This document shows positions 1-7,060 of a stretch of 39,751 nucleotides of DNA, in pieces. The stretch's first letter is position 1, and each line of letters begins with the position of its first letter. Location: sequence record PZ402302.1; one strand, written 5' to 3'. The stretch comes from a phage. Under the pieces are notes generated by a model. It made no database searches, had not been told where the DNA came from, and saw nothing but the letters and a program-made list of their open reading frames with translations. The translations under genes and the position numbers were made by a program.

Positions 1-267
1 ATGTCTGATAAAAGTTTAATTCAATTCCTTGAGATGCTGGACACTGAGATGGCTCAACGTATGCTTGCTGACTTGCAGAACGATGAACGCCGTACACCTC
101 AACTGTACAACGCAATCGGGAAACTATTAGAGCGCCACAAGTTCCAAGTCTCCAAGTTACAGCCAGACCGTAACATCCTTGGTGGACTGGCAGATGGACT
201 TCAGGAGTACCAGAACCTAGTAGGTGACGATGGTCTCACTGAAGATGAGAAGTACACGCTGAACTGA
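1..267 (+). CDS. 18: small terminase subunit / DNA maturase A (T7 gp18-like), 88 aa
   Basis: ORF starts at window pos 1 with ATG; protein MSDKSLIQFLEMLDT...LGGLADGLQEY matches recalled T7 gp18 along its length; lies between holin (window end) and spanin genes. Confidence 0.85.
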   Translation: MSDKSLIQFLEMLDTEMAQRMLADLQNDERRTPQLYNAIGKLLERHKFQVSKLQPDRNILGGLADGLQEYQNLVGDDGLTEDEKYTLN

Positions 268-271
268 TGGA

Positions 272-312
272 ATAACTCAAGGCCACTACATCTAGTGGTC
301 TTTATGATATTT
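272..312 (+). promoter_or_regulatory. RNase III-type processing hairpin (R18.5-like)
   Basis: aactcaaggCCACTAcatcTAGTGGtctttatgat: same aactcaagg...ggcctttatgat frame as T7 RNase III sites; inverted repeat seen directly. Confidence 0.55.
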
Positions 313-365
313 CAACACAACTCACGGTGACGCTACGTGAAATCTGAAAATACGGGAGGGTAGTT

Positions 366-809
366 ATGCTCAAGAATTTAAAGAGCTACGTCATAATAGC
401 TGCGTTTGCCTTGGGTATTACCCTTGCGTATAACCACGGATATGACAAAGCTAACACTAAATGGGAACAGGAGGTGCACAATGAGTACGTTAAGAAAGTT
501 AAGGCGACTGCGGATAAACAAGCTGCTATCAACGAAGTATCACGACAATACCAAGAAGACCTTGCGGCGCTGGAGGGCAGCACTGATAGGGTCATTAATG
601 ATTTGCGTAACGATGGTAAGCGGCTGCGCGTCAAGCTGTCAAACACCTCACGAGAACTCCAAGCTAACGGTGGATGCCTCGCTGATGGTCGAGCCGAACT
701 TGACGAAGAGTTTAGTAAGCGTCTTATCGGAGTAACTCAAAGAGGGGATGCGTGGATTAAAGCGCTCCAAAATACAATAACTGAAATGCAATCTAAGAAG
801 GAGAAATAA
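366..809 (+). CDS. 18.5: i-spanin (Rz-like, T7 gp18.5-like), 147 aa
   Basis: N-terminal TM helix (SYVIIAAFALGITLAY) followed by charged coiled-coil; contains embedded o-spanin ORF; RBS gggaggg upstream; position after gene 18. Confidence 0.85.
   Translation: MLKNLKSYVIIAAFALGITLAYNHGYDKANTKWEQEVHNEYVKKVKATADKQAAINEVSRQYQEDLAALEGSTDRVINDLRNDGKRLRVKLSNTSRELQANGGCLADGRAELDEEFSKRLIGVTQRGDAWIKALQNTITEMQSKKEK
481..735 (+). CDS. 18.7: o-spanin lipoprotein (Rz1-like, T7 gp18.7-like), 84 aa, embedded in +1 frame of 18.5
   Basis: ATG at 481 inside 18.5; MSTLRKLRRLR... then lipobox-like VSGC in LIGSLMICVTMVSGCASS; resembles recalled T7 gp18.7; ORF-track 406 start is a non-ATG extension. Confidence 0.75.
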   Translation: MSTLRKLRRLRINKLLSTKYHDNTKKTLRRWRAALIGSLMICVTMVSGCASSCQTPHENSKLTVDASLMVEPNLTKSLVSVLSE

Positions 810-810
810 T

Positions 811-1368
811 ATGTCTACTACAAACTCAAGAACCCGCACACTCTGGACCATCAATGGTCGCTCACCAGATAGCCGTGATGTGTATGATCGCAACAATATT
901 GGTCTTCGTGTTGGGCGTATCGACATCCCAGCTTCGGAGATGGTTAAGGTAGAGGGATACTCTAAGGTTGAATACGTTGTTCAACTTAGTGATGGCACCA
1001 CTGAGCAACATGCTACGTTCGAGACCCTTATGTCCACTTGGGGTGGCTCCGTCGAGTCTAAACCGGGTAGCGGGTTCATGACGGTGTTCCTGAATGAGCA
1101 AAGCACTGCGCGACTCGGTATGGTTCGAATCGACGTATACAAAGAGTGGACTGGTGCTGACCCTGAACCGGAAGGTGGTATGGCTTCCTTAGTTAGTGCA
1201 ACGCTTTCTGCGTCTGATAGTGAATTTGGTACACAGTTCGTGGATAGCGAAGGGAAGAGTGCTTCCGTTATGTTCCAACCTAGTGACATCGACGGGGCCG
1301 TATCTAAGACCGACACTATCAAGGCTCTTGAGAAGCGAATCGCTGCCTTAGAGAAATCTGCCAAGTAA
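811..1368 (+). CDS. hypothetical protein, 185 aa (no counterpart at this position in T7)
   Basis: Clean ORF with AAGGAG RBS 9 nt upstream of ATG; fills the 18.5-19 gap that is about 20 bp in T7; no Cys, S/T/G/E-rich, C-terminal heptad-like IKALEKRIAALEKSAK; function unknown. Confidence 0.75.
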   Translation: MSTTNSRTRTLWTINGRSPDSRDVYDRNNIGLRVGRIDIPASEMVKVEGYSKVEYVVQLSDGTTEQHATFETLMSTWGGSVESKPGSGFMTVFLNEQSTARLGMVRIDVYKEWTGADPEPEGGMASLVSATLSASDSEFGTQFVDSEGKSASVMFQPSDIDGAVSKTDTIKALEKRIAALEKSAK

Positions 1369-1383
1369 CAATAGGAGGCCACA

Positions 1384-3141
1384 ATGTCTACTCAAGCAAA
1401 CAAGAATGCGCTAATCATTGCGCAACTTAAGGGTGACTTCGTGGCCTTCCTGTTCGTCTTATGGAAGGCTCTGAACTTACCTAAACCAACCAAGTGTCAG
1501 ATTGATATGGCACGTACACTCGCTAATGGCGACCACAAGAAGTTTATCCTTCAGGCGTTCCGTGGTATCGGCAAGTCCTTTATCACCTGTGCGTTCGTCG
1601 TGTGGGTCTTATGGCGTGACCCTCAACTTAAGGTGCTCATCGTGTCTGCCTCCAAGGAACGTGCTGATGCTAACTCCATCTTCATCAAGAACATCATCGA
1701 CCTCCTTCCGTTCCTCTCTGAGTTAAAACCTCGACCGGGACAGCGAGACTCTGTGATTAGCTTCGACGTTGGCTTGGCTAAACCAGACCACTCACCCTCT
1801 GTGAAGTCTGTAGGTATCACTGGTCAGTTGACTGGTAGCCGTGCTGACATCATTATCGCAGATGACGTTGAGGTTCCCGGTAATAGCTCTACGAGTTCTG
1901 CCCGTGAGAAGCTCTGGACGTTGGTAACTGAGTTTGCTGCATTGCTTAAGCCACTGCCTACCTCTCGTGTTATCTACCTTGGTACACCTCAAACCGAGAT
2001 GACGCTCTACAAGGAACTTGAGGATAACAAAGGGTACAGCACAGTAATCTGGCCAGCACAGTATCCTCGTAATGATGCTGAGGCTCTCTACTATGGGGAC
2101 CGCTTGGCTCCGATGCTTAAGGCTGAATACGATGAAGGCTATGAGTTACTTCGTGGTCAACCTACTGACCCTGTTCGATTCGATATGGATGACCTCCGTG
2201 AGCGTGAACTCGAATACGGTAAAGCTGGCTACACTCTTCAGTTCATGCTTAACCCGAACCTTAGTGATGCCGAGAAGTACCCGCTACGGCTCCGTGACGC
2301 TATCGTGTGCGCAGTGGACACTGAACGTGCCCCATTGTCCTACCAGTGGTTGCCGAACCGTCAGAACCGCAATGAGGAACTTCCTAACGTGGGTCTGAAG
2401 GGTGACGACATTCACAGCTTCCATGTGTGTTCCTCTAAGACCGCTGAGTACCAGCAAAAGATTCTCGTCATTGACCCCTCTGGTCGTGGTAAGGATGAAA
2501 CAGGTTACGCAGTCCTCTACACCCTGAACGGCTACATCTACTTGATGGAGGTCGGTGGGTTCCGTGGTGGCTACGATGACCCTACCCTAGAGAAGCTCGC
2601 TAAGAAGGCCAAGCAGTGGAAGGTACAGACGGTCGTACACGAGAGTAACTTCGGTGATGGTATGTTCGGTAAGGTATTCTCTCCGGTTCTCCTGAAGCAC
2701 CACAAGTGTGCCTTAGAAGAGATTCGTGCTCGTGGCATGAAGGAGATGCGTATCTGCGATACTATCGAACCGTTGATGGGTGCACACCGCCTTATCATCC
2801 GTGACGAAGTAATCCGTGAGGACTACCAGACCGCTCGTGACCTCGATGGGAAGCATGATGTTCGCTACAGCGCGTTCTATCAGATGACCCGTATGACTCG
2901 TGAGAAGGGCGCTGTGGCACACGATGACCGACTTGATGCTATCGCATTGGGTATTGAGTTCCTTCGTGAAGGGATGCAGGTGGACTCTAAGGTTGGCGAG
3001 GAAGCTATGACCCTTGAGTTCCTTGAACACCACATGGAGAAACCTATCGTCGGTGGTGACATGGCTCGTGAGTTGGTGTCTGGAGGTGTGGACATCTACT
3101 ATGAGGATGACGGTGACGGAGAGTGCTTCATTGAGTGGTAG
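1384..3141 (+). CDS. 19: large terminase subunit / DNA maturase B (T7 gp19-like), 585 aa
   Basis: Length matches T7 gp19 (586 aa); [24 protein letters not shown]... and conserved blocks recalled from T7 gp19; RBS taggagg. Confidence 0.95.
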   Translation: MSTQANKNALIIAQLKGDFVAFLFVLWKALNLPKPTKCQIDMARTLANGDHKKFILQAFRGIGKSFITCAFVVWVLWRDPQLKVLIVSASKERADANSIFIKNIIDLLPFLSELKPRPGQRDSVISFDVGLAKPDHSPSVKSVGITGQLTGSRADIIIADDVEVPGNSSTSSAREKLWTLVTEFAALLKPLPTSRVIYLGTPQTEMTLYKELEDNKGYSTVIWPAQYPRNDAEALYYGDRLAPMLKAEYDEGYELLRGQPTDPVRFDMDDLRERELEYGKAGYTLQFMLNPNLSDAEKYPLRLRDAIVCAVDTERAPLSYQWLPNRQNRNEELPNVGLKGDDIHSFHVCSSKTAEYQQKILVIDPSGRGKDETGYAVLYTLNGYIYLMEVGGFRGGYDDPTLEKLAKKAKQWKVQTVVHESNFGDGMFGKVFSPVLLKHHKCALEEIRARGMKEMRICDTIEPLMGAHRLIIRDEVIREDYQTARDLDGKHDVRYSAFYQMTRMTREKGAVAHDDRLDAIALGIEFLREGMQVDSKVGEEAMTLEFLEHHMEKPIVGGDMARELVSGGVDIYYEDDGDGECFIEW

Positions 3142-3228
3142 TAAATAAGTATGCGGGAAAGGTGCATAGGTAAGCACTTAGTACCGCTACGTTACCTTTG
3201 AGTAACTTACTGATATACATGAAGAAAT

Positions 3229-3251
3229 TAATACGACTCACTATTGGGAAG
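3229..3251 (+). promoter_or_regulatory. phage RNAP promoter (phiOR-like)
   Basis: taatacgactcactattgggaag; 17/17 T7-like core except T at -1; sits between gene 19 and 19.5 as phiOR does in T7. Confidence 0.85.
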
Positions 3252-3407
3252 GGCACCCTAAGACAACTTAAAGACACTTATAGACTGCATATGCAAAGTG
3301 CATACTTAGTGACTACTCTTAGAGACCCTTACAGTGTGGGATGATAGTAATTGTAATTACATCCCTACTATCAGTGTAACCATCAAGTATAACAAGGAGG
3401 ACGCTCT

Positions 3408-3563
3408 ATGCGCTTACTATCCGTGCTCAAGACACTGGCAACGCATCGAGTGACCTACAAATTTCTCGCTGTACTTGCTGCTTCCATCGGTCTCGCATCT
3501 AGTGTTGAACACATCGGTGAACTGGAGACTCTGCTTTGTTCTCTACTCACTTGTGTTCCTTAG
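3408..3563 (+). CDS. 19.5: gp19.5-like small protein, 51 aa
   Basis: ATG with RBS aaggagg; MRLLSVLKTLATHRVTYKFLAVLAASIGLASS...; last ORF before terminal repeat as in T7; hand-translated, not in ORF track (<60 aa). Confidence 0.6.
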   Translation: MRLLSVLKTLATHRVTYKFLAVLAASIGLASSVEHIGELETLLCSLLTCVP

Positions 3564-3795
3564 ACTGCTCGTTGGCGCTTAACGCGCTCTTAGTGATTAT
3601 GGTCGATATACATCTTCCCTATAATCACTGTAAGAAGTCAACTCTAAGAGGTAGCCTTATGTATTCCTTAACGGTCTACAGGGTCTCTTAGGGTCTCTCA
3701 CGTGGTCTAACCTTATGATAGCCACTCCAAGGATAACCTTATGAGAGACTTGATGTACCCCCTTTAAGAATCCTACAGAAAAATCTGAGTGGGTA

Positions 3796-3975
3796 TCTCA
3801 TAGTTCATACCAAGTGGTTTCCCCCTGTGGGTAACTCTGTGGATAACCTGAGGATAACTCTGTGGATAACTTGTGGATAACTCTAGGTTAGAGGCTGTGT
3901 GGATAACTTTGGGTGAGACTGTTAGTAACTCTGTGGATAACTCTGTGTCTCTGTGTCCCTATCTGTAAGTGACCT
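3796..3975. repeat. putative terminal repeat (single collapsed copy; concatemer junction / physical genome ends)
   Basis: Start tctcatag...ttccccctgtggg and end gtgtctctgtgtccctatctgt...acc resemble recalled first and last bases of the T7 160-bp terminal repeat; flanked by short-repeat arrays; lies between 19.5 and phiOL. Confidence 0.5.
3838..3940. repeat. array of TGTGGATAA repeats (complement of DnaA-box TTATCCACA): 5 perfect copies + 1 one-mismatch copy
   Basis: Perfect copies at 3838, 3861, 3872, 3898, 3932; tgAggataa at 3849; all same orientation, extended consensus ctgtggataact, 11-12 bp spacing for the first four. Confidence 0.8.
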
Positions 3976-4045
3976 TTGAGTTATCACCTTATGTTATCAC
4001 CTTATGACCCTTTAAGTATCACCTTATGGCTGGTTATCCTTATGT
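3976..4045. repeat. short direct-repeat array (tatcaccttatg-type) just inside the left genome end
   Basis: gttatcaccttatg x2, gtatcaccttatg, ggttatccttatg in 70 bp; related ccttatg copies also at 3655-3745 on the other side of the terminal repeat; analogous in position to T7 SRL/SRR repeats. Confidence 0.6.
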
Positions 4046-4119
4046 TAACCTTCAGTCGGTGCCTTCAGTCCATAGACCTATCGTTGCCACTCTTAGACCA
4101 GCCTTAAAGACCATACAGC

Positions 4120-4142
4120 TAATATGACTCACTATTGAGGAA
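4120..4142 (+). promoter_or_regulatory. phage RNAP promoter (phiOL-like, degenerate)
   Basis: taatatgactcactattgagg: core with C-to-T at -12 and non-GGG start; first promoter after the left end, as phiOL in T7. Confidence 0.6.
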
Positions 4143-4225
4143 TAGCTAATACTGGTCATCTTCCTTATATGGATAACTTAAAGACTACCAAAAGAGATAC
4201 TTTGAGAATTCTTTAAGATTGAGTA

Positions 4226-4254
4226 TTGACATTGATAATAGCTTATGAGACTAT
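4226..4254 (+). promoter_or_regulatory. host sigma70 early promoter candidate (A1-like)
   Basis: TTGACA at 4226-4231, 17-bp spacer, -10-like gactat/actata; upstream of gene 0.3. Confidence 0.45.
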
Positions 4255-4360
4255 AGCAACCGTTGAGAGACACAACGCTACCAACCACTAGACAAGACCG
4301 AGAGTTATCTAGTGAGGCTGAAGGGTCTCAAGTAGTCATCAACCAGACACACGAAAGTGG

Positions 4361-4389
4361 TTGACTCAACGAAAGCAATAACGTAGTAT
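4361..4389 (+). promoter_or_regulatory. host sigma70 early promoter candidate (A2-like)
   Basis: TTGACT at 4361-4366, 17-bp spacer, -10 TAGTAT at 4384-4389. Confidence 0.55.
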
Positions 4390-4450
4390 AGCAGTCGTCA
4401 ACAACTGGTCGCCCTCTGAAACAACATGAGGTGTCACGGTGAGAAAGTAG

Positions 4451-4479
4451 TTGACACGGTAACGAAAGCACGATAAGAT
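4451..4479 (+). promoter_or_regulatory. host sigma70 early promoter (A3-like)
   Basis: TTGACA 4451-4456, 17-bp spacer, -10 TAAGAT 4474-4479; downstream gatgtaccac...agtgagtcaccacactgaaaggtgatgcggtctaacgaaacctgacc nearly identical to recalled T7 A3 region. Confidence 0.7.
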
Positions 4480-4600
4480 GTACCACGAAATGACGGAACA
4501 GTGAGTCACCACACTGAAAGGTGATGCGGTCTAACGAAACCTGACCAAAGACGCTCTTTAACAATCTGGATAATAGCTCTTGAGTGTACCGTATAAGCGA

Positions 4601-4645
4601 ATAACTCAAGGTCGCACTGAAAGCGTGGCCTTTATGATATTCACT
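4601..4645 (+). promoter_or_regulatory. RNase III-type processing hairpin (R0.3-like)
   Basis: ataactcaaggtcgcactgaaagcgtggcctttatgatattcac: conserved aactcaagg...ggcctttatgat frame 25 bp upstream of gene 0.3. Confidence 0.7.
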
Positions 4646-4671
4646 TAACGAACTAACATGAGGTAACACCT

Positions 4672-5130
4672 ATGATTTTCACTAAAGAGCCTGCTAATGT
4701 CTTCTATGTACTGGTGTCAGCTTTCCGTTCCAACCTCGACGATGAGGTGAATATGAGTCGTCACCGCCACATGGTAAGCACTTTACGTGCCGCACCGGGT
4801 CTTTATGGCTCCGTTGAGTCAACCGATTTGACCGGGTGCTATCGTGAGGCAATCGCAAGCGCACCGACTGAGGAAAAAACGGTTCGTGTACGCTGCAAGG
4901 ACAAGGCGCAGGCACTCAATGTTGCACGCTTAGCTTGCAATGAGTGGGAGCAAGATTGCGTACTGGTATACAAATCACAGACTCACACGGCTGGTCTGGT
5001 GTACGCTAAAGGAATCGACGGTTACAAGGCTGAACGTCTGCCGGGTAGCTTCCAAGAAGTGCCTAAAGGCGCACCGCTTCAAGGTTGCTTTACGATTGAT
5101 GAGTTCGGTCGCCGCTGGCAAGTACAGTAA
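4672..5130 (+). CDS. 0.3: S-adenosylmethionine hydrolase/lyase (T3 gene 0.3-type SAMase; anti-restriction), 152 aa
   Basis: MIFTKEPANVFYVLVSAFRSNL...CFTIDEFGRRWQVQ matches recalled T3 0.3 SAMase almost residue for residue; first early gene after the sigma70 promoters; not Ocr-like. Confidence 0.9.
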   Translation: MIFTKEPANVFYVLVSAFRSNLDDEVNMSRHRHMVSTLRAAPGLYGSVESTDLTGCYREAIASAPTEEKTVRVRCKDKAQALNVARLACNEWEQDCVLVYKSQTHTAGLVYAKGIDGYKAERLPGSFQEVPKGAPLQGCFTIDEFGRRWQVQ

Positions 5131-5134
5131 GTGT

Positions 5135-5185
5135 TAAACTCAAGGTCGCTCCTAGCGAGTGGCCTTTATGATTATCACTTTAACC
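5135..5185 (+). promoter_or_regulatory. RNase III-type processing hairpin (R0.5-like)
   Basis: aaactcaaggtcgctcctagcgagtggcctttatgattatcactt: essentially identical to recalled T7 R0.5 site. Confidence 0.75.
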
Positions 5186-5202
5186 AATGAAGGAAGCACA
5201 CA

Positions 5203-5487
5203 ATGCGTTTAAGTAAAGATACAGCGGTGGCACTACGCTCAGCAATTGAATCCAAAGCTGCACACAACGTGGGAGGTCTTGCGGATATTGCACGGGCTTA
5301 TGAGGAGAAAGGTCTAACATTCCGTCGATTTATGTGGGACTGTTACCACGCAGTAGGCTTTCAAGAAACGACCAGAATAATCTCTGAGCACAACACGGTT
5401 ACGTTAATCGGTGGACACCTAACAGACGTGACTGATGCACACATCGAAACAATACTCAAGGTTGCGCTTAAAGATTTGCAATACTAG
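5203..5487 (+). CDS. hypothetical early protein, 94 aa
   Basis: ATG with RBS aaggaag; bracketed by RNase III-type hairpins; MRLSKDTAVALRSAIESKAAHNVGG...; no recognisable T7 0.4/0.5 similarity. Confidence 0.65.
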   Translation: MRLSKDTAVALRSAIESKAAHNVGGLADIARAYEEKGLTFRRFMWDCYHAVGFQETTRIISEHNTVTLIGGHLTDVTDAHIETILKVALKDLQY

Positions 5488-5639
5488 TGATAAACTCAAG
5501 GTCGCTCCATGCGAGTGGCCTTTATGATTATCACTTTGAAACAACGCACGGGATTAATATCAAGTGATAAACTCAAGGTCGCTCCATGCGAGTGGCCTTT
5601 ATGATTATCACTTTGAAACAACGCACGGGATTAATATCA
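5486..5639. repeat. perfect 2 x 77-bp tandem duplication, each unit carrying an RNase III-type hairpin
   Basis: 5486-5562 and 5563-5639 are identical; each contains aaactcaaggtcgctccatgcgagtggcctttatgattatcac; starts in the stop codon of the 94-aa ORF and ends at the ATG of the 0.6A-like ORF. Confidence 0.9.
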
Positions 5640-5776
5640 TGCTGAAATCTTATGTTATGCCTATCCATACACGCAACGGGGCAACAGTTTGCACACCTGA
5701 TGGCTTCGCAATGAAACAACGAATCGAACGCCTTAAGCGTGAACTGCGCACAAATCGCAAGATCAACAATATCTAA
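5639..5776 (+). CDS. 0.6A: gp0.6A-like small early protein, 45 aa
   Basis: MLKSYVMPIHTRNGATVCTPDGFAMKQRIERLKRELRTNRKINNI closely matches recalled T7 gp0.6A; ORF-track 5564 start is a GTG extension inside the repeat. Confidence 0.65.
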   Translation: MLKSYVMPIHTRNGATVCTPDGFAMKQRIERLKRELRTNRKINNI

Positions 5777-5889
5777 ATCTAATTACATTTGACACTGGAG
5801 AATGCACAAAGTGAGCGCTAGCGACATTATGGGCGCTCTCTCTCTCTCTCTCCCTCTTAAAGTCAACTAACTAAATAGGACACAATCTA

Positions 5890-6987
5890 ATGAACTACAC
5901 CGACATTCAGGCACGTCTGGCAATCATCAAGTCTCTCCCGATTAGTGAACTGGACAAGCGCCAGCCTCTTCTGGTTGCACTGGCTGCTGACATCGTGAAC
6001 GGTGAGACAAGTGATGGCAACGATACTGATGGCTCAAATGGCTTGGAGTATCAAGACTGGTGGCACACATTGGGTGCACTAATGCGTGATGCAGGTTTCC
6101 GCATGTTAGGTAATGGTCACTTTAGCGCGGCCTACTCGCATGAACTGTTACCGGGTCGAGTCATCAAGGTTGGCTTTAAGAAAGAGGATTCAGGCGCTGC
6201 ATACACCGCATTCTGTAGGATGCACCAAGGTCGAGCGGGTATCCCTAACGTCTATCACGTAGCACGTCATGCAGGTTGCTACACGGTTGTTCTTGACAAG
6301 CTGTTAGCATGTGACCGCGATAATTATGACCATGAGGTATACGCTGACCTAGCACGTTACTTTGTGGAGTCGGATTGCCATGACGCAAGCGACTTTGCAC
6401 CGGGTGACTACGAGTTCATTGAGACCTGCCAGCTTATCCGCAAGTTCTTCAAAGGGATTGCATCGTTTGACATGCACAGCGGGAACATTATGTTCTCTGA
6501 AGATGGCACACCATACATCACTGACCCGGTTAGCTTCTCACATGACCGTGAACGTGAGGACGGCTTCCCTCTGGACCCGGATGCACTGATTGCCGAGGTC
6601 GAGGCAATAGCTAACGAGCGCATCATTGAACGTTGCCGCAACCGCAAGGCCAAGTGTGACCCTAACGGCTCCTTTCAGGTTAACCGCAAGGCCGCAATGA
6701 AACGCCGCAAGCGCAACCGCAAGTTACGTGCTAAACATGCAGCGGAAGGAATGCACCAGTTTGTCAAAGGGCGTCTTGAGCGTAGAGCTATTGACCGCAA
6801 CGAACGCCGTGCTGAGATGTTCATGGGGTCTGCATGGCGCGACTTTTGGTTACGCAACGGTAACGCAACGGTCCGCAAGATTGACCAAGTGAACGGCCTC
6901 AAGTGGCAACTAGGGGACCGCCTAGCAATCCAAGCGGGTCTACCTCTGAACATCGACAAGTTACTTGACGCACAACTGAAAGGCTGA
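5890..6987 (+). CDS. 0.7: serine/threonine protein kinase / host transcription shut-off protein (T7 gp0.7-like), 365 aa
   Basis: Conserved blocks LPICELDKRQ, MLGNGHFSAAYSH, RVIKVGFKKEDSGAAYTAFCRM, IASFDMHSGNIMFS, ITDPVSF shared with recalled T7 gp0.7; immediately upstream of gene 1. Confidence 0.9.
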   Translation: MNYTDIQARLAIIKSLPISELDKRQPLLVALAADIVNGETSDGNDTDGSNGLEYQDWWHTLGALMRDAGFRMLGNGHFSAAYSHELLPGRVIKVGFKKEDSGAAYTAFCRMHQGRAGIPNVYHVARHAGCYTVVLDKLLACDRDNYDHEVYADLARYFVESDCHDASDFAPGDYEFIETCQLIRKFFKGIASFDMHSGNIMFSEDGTPYITDPVSFSHDREREDGFPLDPDALIAEVEAIANERIIERCRNRKAKCDPNGSFQVNRKAAMKRRKRNRKLRAKHAAEGMHQFVKGRLERRAIDRNERRAEMFMGSAWRDFWLRNGNATVRKIDQVNGLKWQLGDRLAIQAGLPLNIDKLLDAQLKG

Positions 6988-6995
6988 TAAGGTGT

Positions 6996-7040
6996 ATCTT
7001 CAAGGTCGGCACTGACTGCTGGCCTTTATAGATAAACTTT
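6996..7040 (+). promoter_or_regulatory. RNase III-type processing hairpin (R1-like)
   Basis: cttcaaggtcggcactgactgctggcctttatagat between 0.7 and gene 1. Confidence 0.6.
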
Positions 7041-7060
7041 CTTAACAACGTGAGGCAACA

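Noticed and set aside
406-480. N-terminal extension of the Rz1-like ORF (track start 406)
   Set aside because: The recalled T7 gp18.7 homolog begins at the MSTLR... methionine (481); the upstream part is an in-frame read-through without a start context.
3564-3795. About 30-codon ORF MVDIHLPYNH... starting near 3598 between 19.5 and the terminal repeat
   Set aside because: No RBS, lies in the repeat-rich genome-end region, not conserved-looking.
3640-4080. Possible CRISPR array suggested by the many short direct repeats
   Set aside because: Repeats are 9-13 bp, irregularly spaced and without unique spacers of uniform length; they match the position and style of T7-like genome-end repeats.
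4328-4669. 113-aa minus-strand ORF in the early promoter region
   Set aside because: Overlaps the three sigma70 promoters and the R0.3 hairpin on the opposite strand; no RBS; the region is better explained as regulatory DNA.
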